Below, one piece after another: positions 20,024 to 29,404 of a stretch of 64,000 nt of DNA (position 1 is its first letter; each line of letters opens with the position of its first letter). The notes under the pieces are model-generated. The model saw nothing but the letters and a program-made list of their open reading frames with translations, had not been told where the DNA came from and did not search any database. The translations under genes were made by a program, and so were the position numbers. This DNA comes from a virus (Duplodnaviria; Caudoviricetes), in IMG/VR virus record IMGVR_UViG_3300031088_000758. The stretch is one strand, 5' to 3'.

Positions 20024-22477
20024 ATGGCTAAACGAGTTAAAATTGATGAAGAAGACTTGAAGGATAAGAAGCTAAAGTTTGAGAAGGTTGCTGATAACCT
20101 TGAGGAAATACCTGTTGATAGGTTTTTGAAAGATAATTTCTTGCCCTATGCTTGGTCGGTTTCATTGGATAGGGCTTTGGTAGACGTAACTGGTTTGAAG
20201 CCGGTTCAGAGGCGTATTTTGTATACTATGTATGGTATGGGGCTTTCACCTAATTCTGGTCGTTCTAAGGTTGCTACTCTTGCGGGTCGTGTTTTGGCTT
20301 ATCATCCGCATGGTGATGCTTCTGTGTCAGATGCGTTGAAGAATATTGCACGTCCTCACGTTTTCCGTGTCCCTTTGATTGATGGTAAGGGTGATTTTGG
20401 ATCTCCAGGAACCCCAGGAGCTGCTGCACGTTATATTGAAGCACGTTTGAATAAAGCTGCTTGGTTGAATGTGGAAGATATTGCTGAACATGCTACAAGA
20501 ATGGTTCCTAACTATGATGACACTAGTGTTGAGCCTGTAAAGATTCCTGTAAAATGGCCTGTTTCTATTGTTAATGGTGGTTCAGGATTAGCAGTTGGTT
20601 ATGCGGCTAATATGCCTTCCCATAATCCTACTGAGATTATGAAAGCATGTAAGGCATTATTGAAAAATCCAGATATGACTCATGATCAGTTGGCTAAGAT
20701 CGTTCTTGGTCCAGATTTTAATATGGGTGGAACGATTACATCTAACGATGGTATTAAGCAGTATTTGAAGACTGGCACTGGTTCTTTTAAAGTTCGTGGT
20801 AATTATGAGGTTACTCCTGGTGCTAGAAGTACTTTCCGTATTGAATTCTATGAGCTTCCTTATGGTACATATCCTGAAAAGATTATTGAAGAAATACAGA
20901 AGAACACTGAAAAAGGTAAGTTTACTGAGATTGCTAGCTTCAAAGATCTTTCTGATTTGAAGCACCCTATTCGTGTAATTATTGATACTAAGCCTAGTGC
21001 TAATCATAAAAAAGTTCTTCAAGATTTATTTAAGTTTACTAGCTTAGAGTCAAACTTCTCAGCTAACATGACAACAATTGTTGATAATCGTCCTACTCAG
21101 TCTTCAATGTTAGACTTGTTGGCTGATTTCATTAATTTCCGTAAAGAATGTGTTGCTAATAAGACAAACTATATTCTTCCTCGTCGTGAGAATCGTTTAC
21201 ATTTAGTTAATGGTATGTTGAAGACTCTCATTGACATTGATAAAGCAATTTCTATTATTCGAGGTTCTGCTGATACAGAAGTAGCTAATGAAAAACTTCA
21301 AAAGGCATTCAAGCTTGATAAAGAACAGGCTGAATATGTACTGTCTCTTCAGTTGAGAAGATTAACTAAAATGGATAGTTTAGCTTTGGAGCAAGAGAAA
21401 TCAGATTTAGAAGACGAAATCAAATATTTGAATAGTTTGTTAAATGATGAAGATGTTCTAAACAATTATTTGATGAACGAGTTTGACAATACTTTAAAGG
21501 TTATTGGTGATGAGCGTAAGACAGAGATCAATGGTATGTCTGCTGATGAGTTTGCAGCTCAAGAAAAAGCTGTGGCTCAAGAATTGAAAAACGCTGATAA
21601 AGATCTTCCATGCTATATTACACGTTTTAATAATGGAAAGATTATGAAGACTATGGAGCCTTTCTCATATCCTGAAAACACTAAGAAATTCTCTGATGGT
21701 TTAGTTGTTGAGCAGATTAAAATGCGAACCCAGGAATCATTAGTATTAGTGGACAACTTTGGAACAGGGTATAAAGTTCCGGTTTCCTATTTCATTGAGA
21801 ATAAAGCAACTGATGCTAAGTCTGCTGGTTTGACATTACCTAAGAGTGCTTCAATTGTTGGTGTTGCTAAATATGAATCTATGAAATCTGATGTTGGTTT
21901 GGCACTTGGTACTAAGATGGGTGCTGTGAAAATCGCTAAAACAGACTTCCCCAAGAATGATCAGTTCCCTGTGATTAATCTTGATGAAGGTGATGAAATT
22001 ATTGGTTCACGTTGGTTAGGTCGTGCCTTGACTAATTCTTACTTTGTATTTGTTTCCAAAGCTGGACAGGTCCTCATTTTTGAGGCTAAGAGTATTAGGG
22101 AAACTGGTTCTAAAGCTGGTGGTGTTAAGGGAATGAAACTTAAAAATGATAAAGATGAGGTTATTCATTTTGGATGGCTTGCTTCTGTTAAAGATCCTGA
22201 GTGTGTGCTTTTGACTTATTCTGGGCACACTATTAAGCGCACTTCTATTCTTGACATTCCAACTAAGGGTAAAGCAGGTATGGGTGTGGCAACACAGTTG
22301 TTCAAGAAAGGTGAGGATAGTCTTATCACCGCTTATGCTGGCTATGATGCTTCTGTAGCAGCTACAGCTAAGACTAATCAAGTTGTTTCTTTGCCTCCTA
22401 TTATCAAAAGATCAGCACGTGGTGTAGACTTTGGTATTGACGTAGCATTTGGGTCATCTCACGTTTCTCCAATGTGA
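20024..22477 (+). CDS. Type IIA DNA topoisomerase subunit A (GyrA/ParC-like)
   Basis: GLKPVQRRILY, YHPHGD, AAARYIEARL catalytic Tyr, beta-pinwheel CTD; no clear GyrA box. Confidence 0.95.
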   Translation: MAKRVKIDEEDLKDKKLKFEKVADNLEEIPVDRFLKDNFLPYAWSVSLDRALVDVTGLKPVQRRILYTMYGMGLSPNSGRSKVATLAGRVLAYHPHGDASVSDALKNIARPHVFRVPLIDGKGDFGSPGTPGAAARYIEARLNKAAWLNVEDIAEHATRMVPNYDDTSVEPVKIPVKWPVSIVNGGSGLAVGYAANMPSHNPTEIMKACKALLKNPDMTHDQLAKIVLGPDFNMGGTITSNDGIKQYLKTGTGSFKVRGNYEVTPGARSTFRIEFYELPYGTYPEKIIEEIQKNTEKGKFTEIASFKDLSDLKHPIRVIIDTKPSANHKKVLQDLFKFTSLESNFSANMTTIVDNRPTQSSMLDLLADFINFRKECVANKTNYILPRRENRLHLVNGMLKTLIDIDKAISIIRGSADTEVANEKLQKAFKLDKEQAEYVLSLQLRRLTKMDSLALEQEKSDLEDEIKYLNSLLNDEDVLNNYLMNEFDNTLKVIGDERKTEINGMSADEFAAQEKAVAQELKNADKDLPCYITRFNNGKIMKTMEPFSYPENTKKFSDGLVVEQIKMRTQESLVLVDNFGTGYKVPVSYFIENKATDAKSAGLTLPKSASIVGVAKYESMKSDVGLALGTKMGAVKIAKTDFPKNDQFPVINLDEGDEIIGSRWLGRALTNSYFVFVSKAGQVLIFEAKSIRETGSKAGGVKGMKLKNDKDEVIHFGWLASVKDPECVLLTYSGHTIKRTSILDIPTKGKAGMGVATQLFKKGEDSLITAYAGYDASVAATAKTNQVVSLPPIIKRSARGVDFGIDVAFGSSHVSPM

Positions 22478-22504
22478 TCAGCAAAATTATTGTCTGAACA
22501 ATAA

Positions 22505-22561
22505 AATAGGGGAATATTTCAAACATTGTATTTTTGTGAATGTTTGAAATATTCCCCTATT
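22505..22561. terminator. 23-bp perfect inverted repeat
   Basis: aataggggaatatttcaaacatt / aatgtttgaaatattcccctatt, 11-nt loop. Confidence 0.7.
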
Positions 22562-22660
22562 AGCTTTAAATGTAAAATACTATAATTCTGTAAAGTTGTA
22601 CAGGTTGATATTTTTATAGAATATTTAAGAAATATATTTCAGAAAGAAATAGGTGTTTAG

Positions 22661-23545
22661 ATGCATTATTGTGCCACTGAGAGACTTTTAAAAGATAAAG
22701 AAAAAAACAAAGATCGCGCCTTTATGGGATACACTCACGCTTTAAGTGGTGTTGCTGTCAGTCTTGCTTTAATAGCGTTTTTCCCTGGTTTTCTTTCTGA
22801 AATACTTTTAACTTCAAGCGCTTGGGTTTTTGTTCAATTTGTCATAGCAACTACTGGTGCTGCTATGCTTCCTGACCTTGATAATAGTGCTAGCCGTGCA
22901 AAAAGCGATCTTGGTCCTTTTGGGATTATTTTGTCAAGCGTGTTTAGAACAACCTCAGTGATTGCTCAGACAACTATAAGAACTAAACGTGATAGTGATG
23001 AGCCAAACCCTCACCGTGGTCTGTGGCATACTATTCCAGCTGCTTTGTTTTTAGGGTTTTTAGTCTATCTTGGAACTCAAATTGGTGGTGAGATTAATAT
23101 CCCGTTTCTTGGTGTTCAAAGTTGGGGTGTGCTTTTTGCTTTGTTAATTACTTTTGTTCTAACACACTTGACTTTATCTACTTTAGCCAAAGAATTTATG
23201 GATAAAGTTAAAAAATCTAATATAACTGGTGAGTTTGTAGCAATTGCTGTTTCTTTGTCTATTAGTCTATTGCTTTTTGCTATGTTGCCTAAAGATATTG
23301 ATTTTTGGTGGTTAGGGATTTCAGTTGCTTTTGGAATGATTGTTCATTTGTTAGGTGACCTAAATACAACCTCGGGTGTGCCTCTGCTCATGCCAATTTC
23401 AGCTTTTACTCACGGAAAAGTTTGGTGGACATTCCGATTAACAAAAATGAAGGCAGGTGGGTCAGCGGAGAAAATGTTGGTCTTACCTCTTTTGACTGTG
23501 ATTATTATAGTTTCTTTTGTAAAAATAACTATAGGTCTATTCTGA
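22661..23545 (+). CDS. Membrane-bound metal-dependent hydrolase (YdjM-like)
   Basis: THALSG, LPDLD, HRGLWH, HLLGD motifs with TM helices. Confidence 0.85.
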   Translation: MHYCATERLLKDKEKNKDRAFMGYTHALSGVAVSLALIAFFPGFLSEILLTSSAWVFVQFVIATTGAAMLPDLDNSASRAKSDLGPFGIILSSVFRTTSVIAQTTIRTKRDSDEPNPHRGLWHTIPAALFLGFLVYLGTQIGGEINIPFLGVQSWGVLFALLITFVLTHLTLSTLAKEFMDKVKKSNITGEFVAIAVSLSISLLLFAMLPKDIDFWWLGISVAFGMIVHLLGDLNTTSGVPLLMPISAFTHGKVWWTFRLTKMKAGGSAEKMLVLPLLTVIIIVSFVKITIGLF

Positions 23546-23560
23546 TTAGAGTGTACATTA

Positions 23561-24967
23561 ATGAGAAAAGAAAACTATCCGGGAGTTGAGTTTTTAGAAG
23601 AATTTTGGAATAAACAGAAAAACGGTATTTCTCTTATTGATGCCAAAATTGAAAATAAGTACAAATATTGGTGGTTTTGTCAAGATTTTGATCATTCTTT
23701 TAAAAAAGACATTCGTTTAATGCAGAAAGATCAAAAATGTCAAATTTGTAATGGAAAACAGCTATTGTCAGGTTTTAATGACTTCGAAACACTTAATAAA
23801 AAATATTTATATGAGTGGGACTATGAAAAAAACGCTGTTGGCCCCAGTGAAACTTATTATAGAACGACTAAGTCAATATTTTGGAAATGTACTTTAAAGC
23901 ATTCTTATATGGCTACCGCTTTTGACAAGATGAGAAATCGTGGGGGCTGTCCATATTGCAAAAATATGCGTGTGTTAAAAGGTTTTAATGATTTAGCTTC
24001 AAGGAATCCCGAATTATTAGTTGAATGGAATTATCAGTTAAACGAAAAATTGCCTGAGGAAATCACTTTCTGTAGCGGCGTTAAAGTCCATTGGATATGC
24101 CGAAAAGACAATAGACATAAGTGGGAAGAATCTCCGTTTTTTAGAACTAATAAAGATCGAAACTGGGGCTGTCCCTATTGTGCTGGAAAACGTGTTCTAG
24201 CTGGTGTTAATGATTTATCAACAACCCACCCTCATTGGTTAGATGAATGGGATTTTCAAAAGAACAGTAAGATTGGTTTGAAGCCTACTGAATATACGTA
24301 TGGAAGCTCAAAGGAAGCATATTGGTTATGCAAAGATTATGGACATTCTTGGAAAGTAGAAATTCAAGCACGAGTGAAATATGGTTGTCCTGTGTGTGCT
24401 AATCTTAAAGTTTTGCCAGGGTATAATGATTTTGCCTCACAGGCTCCAGTGTATCTTTTAGAAGAATGGAATTATAATAAAAATGATGTTAAACCCCATG
24501 AAATTTGTTTTAAGACAGACAGATCAGTATGGTGGATCTGCTCGAAAGGTCATTCTTATAGCATGTCTGTTTATAGTAGATCTGTAATGAATTATGGTTG
24601 TCGAAAATGTTCAAATAATGGTGTTTCTAAGATGGAGAAAAGTTTATTGAATTTTATCCAAACATTGTTGCCAATTCACAGCATTGAAGAGAATACAAGA
24701 AATGTTATTAAGCCCTATGAATTAGATATTTATATTCCTGATTTGAATCTTGCTTTTGAATTTAATGGCACTTATTGGCACAGTGATTCTATAATTTTCG
24801 CTCGTACTGGTATGTCAGCTGCTGAGTTCCATCGCATGAAAACAGACATGTGCGCAAAACTTGGCATTAAGTTGATACATATTTCTGAAAAACAGTGGAC
24901 TGAAAATAATAGCCAAGTTTTGCAGATGATTCAATTGGAAACAAAAAATTTATCCACATTGAGATGA
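23561..24967 (+). CDS. Zinc-ribbon-repeat endonuclease
   Basis: Five W(W)xC-H...CxxC repeats; ELDIYIPDLNLAFEFNGTYWHS. Confidence 0.75.
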   Translation: MRKENYPGVEFLEEFWNKQKNGISLIDAKIENKYKYWWFCQDFDHSFKKDIRLMQKDQKCQICNGKQLLSGFNDFETLNKKYLYEWDYEKNAVGPSETYYRTTKSIFWKCTLKHSYMATAFDKMRNRGGCPYCKNMRVLKGFNDLASRNPELLVEWNYQLNEKLPEEITFCSGVKVHWICRKDNRHKWEESPFFRTNKDRNWGCPYCAGKRVLAGVNDLSTTHPHWLDEWDFQKNSKIGLKPTEYTYGSSKEAYWLCKDYGHSWKVEIQARVKYGCPVCANLKVLPGYNDFASQAPVYLLEEWNYNKNDVKPHEICFKTDRSVWWICSKGHSYSMSVYSRSVMNYGCRKCSNNGVSKMEKSLLNFIQTLLPIHSIEENTRNVIKPYELDIYIPDLNLAFEFNGTYWHSDSIIFARTGMSAAEFHRMKTDMCAKLGIKLIHISEKQWTENNSQVLQMIQLETKNLSTLR

Positions 24968-25062
24968 TTCATTCTGAAAATTTGTGTAAGAGTGCGTTTA
25001 ATCCTTGTTTTTGTTCATTTTTTATTCGGTCCACGGTAGTTTTAAGCATGATGAGAAAATAT

Positions 25063-25091
25063 TTGACTTTATTTGTGATGTATGTTATTCT
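25063..25091 (+). promoter_or_regulatory. sigma70-type promoter
   Basis: TTGACT-17 nt-TATTCT with extended TG. Confidence 0.55.
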
Positions 25092-25174
25092 TTTTCAGGA
25101 ATTCAGTGGAAACAGTAAGCGTTGTAGAATATGTTAGAAAAGCTTACAGTTAATTACAACAATAGGAGTGTTAA

Positions 25175-25432
25175 ATGAGTAATTCTGTGGATGTTCGCCA
25201 GGTTAGTATGGTTGAAAGAGATGGATATGTGATCCCGCGAGGTTCTAGGGCTTCTACTCGTAAGTTGCTTGCGGTTGATCGTTGTGATTCAAAGCAGTGT
25301 AATGCTGCAGCTCGTGTTAGGGCTGTAAAGAATAGCAGTGAATTGCTTTTCTGTGGGCATCATGCTAGGCGAAATGTGAATTCTCTTGTTGATTCAGGGT
25401 GGCTTATTGATGATCAAAGTGTTGATGCGTGA
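25175..25432 (+). CDS. Small Zn-binding protein (actinobacterial DUF7455-like)
   Basis: DRCDSKQCNAAARVRA...ELLFCGHH; AGGAG SD. Confidence 0.7.
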   Translation: MSNSVDVRQVSMVERDGYVIPRGSRASTRKLLAVDRCDSKQCNAAARVRAVKNSSELLFCGHHARRNVNSLVDSGWLIDDQSVDA

Positions 25433-25446
25433 TATTTTTTAAATCC

Positions 25447-25488
25447 AGAAAAGTAGCGAGAGGCAATTTCACTTCTCGCTACTTTTCT
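25447..25488. terminator. 15-bp inverted repeat, intrinsic terminator
   Basis: agaaaagtagcgaga / tctcgctacttttct. Confidence 0.7.
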
Positions 25489-25532
25489 TTATAGATAGTA
25501 CAAGTAAGAAATCTTATTATTAGGTGGTCAAA

Positions 25533-27014
25533 ATGGCAAAATACCATATCAGCGACAAAACTGGCAAACCAGAGATATGTAGTGCGAAAGTTCGTGGATG
25601 TTTGTATGGTTTATCAGAAGAAAATCATTTTAAAAGTGTAGAAGAAGCACAATCCGCATATGAAGATAAAATGAAGTCTCAAACTTTTCAAAAAATATCT
25701 AAAAACGTTAATTTTAAAAAGAGCGATTTGGAGCCTGTTTTATCAAACTCTTTGGATTTAGATTTGTTGAACAGAATGATCAGTGATAGGTATATTCTTC
25801 GTAGTCTTCATTCTGATGATGATACTTTACAGATTTTGTGCTACGGTAGAACTACACAGTATGAAGCAAAGTGGAATGATGCTACTAAACTTGCGCGTGG
25901 TTTAATTGTCAGAACTAGTCGTGAAGATTTTGGGGATGCTGTTATTGTTCAGAGACCTTGGAAAAAGTTTTATACTCTTTCGCAAGTTGAGTCAGGCTGG
26001 GCATTAGGTGATGAAGAAGAAGGAGCTAGCTCAGCTGCTAGTAATGAGTTAGATTTGTTAGATTTTAGCGCTCCTGCAGAAGTTACTGATAAAGTTGACG
26101 GGTCCATGGGTGTGTTATATGTGGCACCTGATGGAAAACCAGCTCTTTCTACAAAAGGAAGTTTCCATTCTGAACAAGCTGAGTATTATACAAACTTATT
26201 GAGAAGAAATGATGATTTTTCTGAAGCTTCAGCGAAATTGTTGAATACTCATCCAGATACAACTTTTACGTTTGAATTGATAAGTGGTGGCGAGTATCAG
26301 ATAGTTCTTAATTATGAAAAAGATGATATATCTATGATTGGTGCTATCAAAAAGTCTAATGGTTTGTATTACTCTGTGTCTGACTACTCTGATATATGGA
26401 GTAAGGATAAAGGTTTGACATCAGCGGAATCAATGCCAGCTAAAAATCTTGAAGAGGCTTTTGCTTTGCCAGATAGGGAGAATCGTGAAGGTGTAGTTGT
26501 AAGGTTAATTAATGATGACCCTGAAAAGCAGATGCAGATTAAGATAAAGCAAGAAGACTATTTGAAGCTACATAAGACAAGAACAGCATTTTCTAAGAAG
26601 GACATGCGTGCTCTGATGCGTGAGACAAAAGCAACTTATGGAGATTTATTGAAAATTTCTGAAACGAAAGATATTTCTATTATTCCTGAAATTGCTGATG
26701 AAATTGCTGAAAATCCAAATGCTGGAGCGCAAGCAGAAATCTTCCGTCAGCGTAGAAAAGATACGTATGAGAATGTTCTTTTGAAGAGATCAGCTAAGGT
26801 TTCTGAATCTAGCAAATTTATTGAAGAATTATCTGATGAATGGTTCGAGAAAGATATTAAAGATGCTAAGCGTGATTTTGCGAAGTCTATTGCTAAGGAT
26901 AAATCTAAGGACAAGGCTCTTCTTTTCAAAATGTTTGAGGCTCGTTTCCATGGACAAAATATATCAGAAATGGATGCTAGTGATTTGATGAGGTCAGCTT
27001 CGCAAGAAATTTGA
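25533..27014 (+). CDS. RNA ligase (T4 Rnl1-like) with N-terminal YH-C-C-HF tag
   Basis: ARGLI, KKFY, motif I KVDGSM, TFELI, REGVVV, KIKQEDY. Confidence 0.85.
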   Translation: MAKYHISDKTGKPEICSAKVRGCLYGLSEENHFKSVEEAQSAYEDKMKSQTFQKISKNVNFKKSDLEPVLSNSLDLDLLNRMISDRYILRSLHSDDDTLQILCYGRTTQYEAKWNDATKLARGLIVRTSREDFGDAVIVQRPWKKFYTLSQVESGWALGDEEEGASSAASNELDLLDFSAPAEVTDKVDGSMGVLYVAPDGKPALSTKGSFHSEQAEYYTNLLRRNDDFSEASAKLLNTHPDTTFTFELISGGEYQIVLNYEKDDISMIGAIKKSNGLYYSVSDYSDIWSKDKGLTSAESMPAKNLEEAFALPDRENREGVVVRLINDDPEKQMQIKIKQEDYLKLHKTRTAFSKKDMRALMRETKATYGDLLKISETKDISIIPEIADEIAENPNAGAQAEIFRQRRKDTYENVLLKRSAKVSESSKFIEELSDEWFEKDIKDAKRDFAKSIAKDKSKDKALLFKMFEARFHGQNISEMDASDLMRSASQEI

Positions 27015-27366
27015 TTTCGATTTCATACGGCTAATTGATGTTTTGGAAATTGATATTCTTCAATGTAGACCGTTGGGGTTTAATGTTTTGTTATAATAAT
27101 TATTAAACAAATTTTAGCTAAGATTTGCTTTATCTTTTTTAGTATGGTATAGTGATGGTCTAAGTCATTAATTGTGATTTTATACTATCGAATTGCGTCT
27201 TAGAATAGTGATTTTTGTTTAGGTTTATTGTGTTTATGTATTTTGGGAGATTAAATGTTTAAAAATATGATATGTCGATTTTCTTATGAATCGTCAGCAA
27301 CGGAGATGTGTTAATTTATGTCAATGAGACTTCTTTGATAAAGAGTCTTTATAGTTAGGAAAATAT

Positions 27367-27906
27367 GTGATGAAAAAGTTAGAACGAGAAGTTAATAAGA
27401 ATAACGTAGTAATTGTAAACTCTGCTATGGAATACCTTGATATGGTTCCTTGGAGTAAAGCTGTGACGCTAATTGTTGCCAAAGAAGCTTACACTTTGAT
27501 TTCACGTTCTGATGGTTCTCTTGTAAGAAGCCCTAACTTGACTATTGAACATCCTTTGATTGTATGTTTGAACAAGTATGTCAACCCATACAGGAACATA
27601 CGTGTTATCGAGAAGAATGACACTGTTTCTAAGAAAACAATTCTTATTCGTGATGACTGGAAGTGTCAGTATTGTGGAAACTACGGTGACACAATTGATC
27701 ACATTCACCCTAAGTCTCGTGGTGGTTTGAATACTTGGGGAAACATGTGTGTTGCTTGTCAGCCTTGCAACTCTGCTAAGGGTGATAACACTCCTGAGGA
27801 GATAGGTTTTAAGCGTCCTGCTATTCCTAAGGCATTGCTTCCTGAGAAAACACGAAGGATTCAAGATGGCATCAATGAAGTTCTTATGGAAATGGTTGTT
27901 GCCTGA
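27367..27906 (+). CDS. HNH endonuclease
   Basis: RDDWKCQYCG...TIDHIHPKSRGG...WGNMCVACQPCNSAKG. Confidence 0.9.
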   Translation: MMKKLEREVNKNNVVIVNSAMEYLDMVPWSKAVTLIVAKEAYTLISRSDGSLVRSPNLTIEHPLIVCLNKYVNPYRNIRVIEKNDTVSKKTILIRDDWKCQYCGNYGDTIDHIHPKSRGGLNTWGNMCVACQPCNSAKGDNTPEEIGFKRPAIPKALLPEKTRRIQDGINEVLMEMVVA

Positions 27907-27920
27907 AAAGTTATATACTT

Positions 27921-27983
27921 AACTAGAATAAGCTGGTTCCGAAAATTGATTTTAAAAATTTTCGGAACCAGCTTATTCTAGTT
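27921..27983. terminator. 27-bp perfect inverted repeat
   Basis: aactagaataagctggttccgaaaatt / aattttcggaaccagcttattctagtt, 9-nt loop. Confidence 0.7.
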
Positions 27984-28082
27984 GCTTTGTTAAGATATAA
28001 TTTAATGTTAAGTTGTTGAAATCATAGGTTTGATGGATGTTGAACTAGTGTTTCTGTTATTTCTGAATAATGAGGGTTTATT

Positions 28083-28934
28083 ATGGTTGATGATAAAAAA
28101 GAAGAATTACGTGCTGCGCTTAAAAAACAGCGGGAAAGAGAAACTAAAAAAGAGCAGAAAAAGAAGATCCTTATTGGTGCTGCTATATTTATCTTAATAG
28201 CATCTTTGGTTGGTGTGTTTGTATGGAGTTTTTCTCAGACCTCTGACAATCAAACACAAGGAGAACAGCTAGTCCCAACTAAGGTAGATGCTAATGGCGC
28301 TTTTCATGTTTCTAAAGATGGTGTTTTAGAAGATAACGCTCCAACTGGCAATACGAGAGTGGATATATTTTTTGACCCTATGTGTCCCGGATGTGGGTTA
28401 GTAGATAGAGGTATCAGTGATAAAACTAATGAGCTTCTTAACAATGGAGAAATTGATTTATTCATGACTCCTGTGGCATTTTTAGACAATACTTCTTCTG
28501 ACAGGTACTCTACAAGGGCAGTGAATGCAACAATAACTGTTGCTGAAGAATCTCCTGAACATTATCTTGCTTTTGTAAATGATTTGTATGAAGTTGGTCA
28601 TCAACCTTCTGAGGGTTCTAGCTACATTCCTGTAAGTGATGAAATGCTTGCTCAAAGAGCAGTTGATTTAGGAGTGCCGCAAGAAGTGGCAGACAAGTTT
28701 TCTAATGGTCATTATACTGAGTGGATTTCTGAGAACACTAATAAGCAGCTTAATCAAAGAGAAGATCTTTTCCCAGAAGGATTCTCTACTCCTGCTGTAT
28801 TTTTAAACATCCAATACAAAGATACAGAAACACATTCCGGTGAAGTTGAAGATTTCACTAGAGTTACCTTTGACAGTCCCGAAGTTGAAGAAACCTTTGT
28901 CAATGCAATTGAAAGTGAAAAAACAGAAGAATGA
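28083..28934 (+). CDS. Membrane-anchored DsbA-family thiol-disulfide oxidoreductase
   Basis: TM helix, FFDPMCPGC, YSTRAVNA, STP cis-Pro motif. Confidence 0.85.
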   Translation: MVDDKKEELRAALKKQRERETKKEQKKKILIGAAIFILIASLVGVFVWSFSQTSDNQTQGEQLVPTKVDANGAFHVSKDGVLEDNAPTGNTRVDIFFDPMCPGCGLVDRGISDKTNELLNNGEIDLFMTPVAFLDNTSSDRYSTRAVNATITVAEESPEHYLAFVNDLYEVGHQPSEGSSYIPVSDEMLAQRAVDLGVPQEVADKFSNGHYTEWISENTNKQLNQREDLFPEGFSTPAVFLNIQYKDTETHSGEVEDFTRVTFDSPEVEETFVNAIESEKTEE

Positions 28935-29034
28935 ACATGATGAGGAATTTTTTAATGTTCTTGCTCGTTTGACTGTTTATGATAATTGTGCTATTTTATG
29001 ACTATAGATTAAATACTTAGTTGATAGGAGTTTT

Positions 29035-29259
29035 GTGATGAAAGATATTAGTAGTTATTTTTCTAAGCTTAATGAGAGTAAGACGAAGAACGAGTTTATT
29101 TGGGATGAGCTTCGTTTTAAAGTAATTCTTTTTAAAGATGGTGAGCCTGTTTCTTACTATCCTTTGAAAGATGAAGAGAATAATATGAATGGTGCTTTGA
29201 AGGCTGCTTCTGGCCTTTTAAATGGTGATGGTGTTGTTCTGAACACAGTAGCAAAATGA
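29035..29259 (+). CDS. Small hypothetical protein
   Basis: 74 aa, AGGAG SD. Confidence 0.55.
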   Translation: MMKDISSYFSKLNESKTKNEFIWDELRFKVILFKDGEPVSYYPLKDEENNMNGALKAASGLLNGDGVVLNTVAK

Positions 29260-29283
29260 TTGACTGTGGTTAGATTCAGTATC

Positions 29284-29361
29284 AAAAAAGTCAAGTAGAA
29301 GAATTATCGAATGAAAAGAAAGATTCTTCTACTTGACTTTTTTATGTAGGTAGGTTATAAT
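29284..29361 (+). promoter_or_regulatory. 21-bp inverted repeat overlapping a near-consensus sigma70 promoter
   Basis: aaaaaagtcaagtagaagaat / attcttctacttgactttttt; TTGACT 29333-17 nt-TATAAT 29356. Confidence 0.7.
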
Positions 29362-29404
29362 GAATGTATATATTTTTATTCATAGTATTTAGGAGCTGGT
29401 GTAG

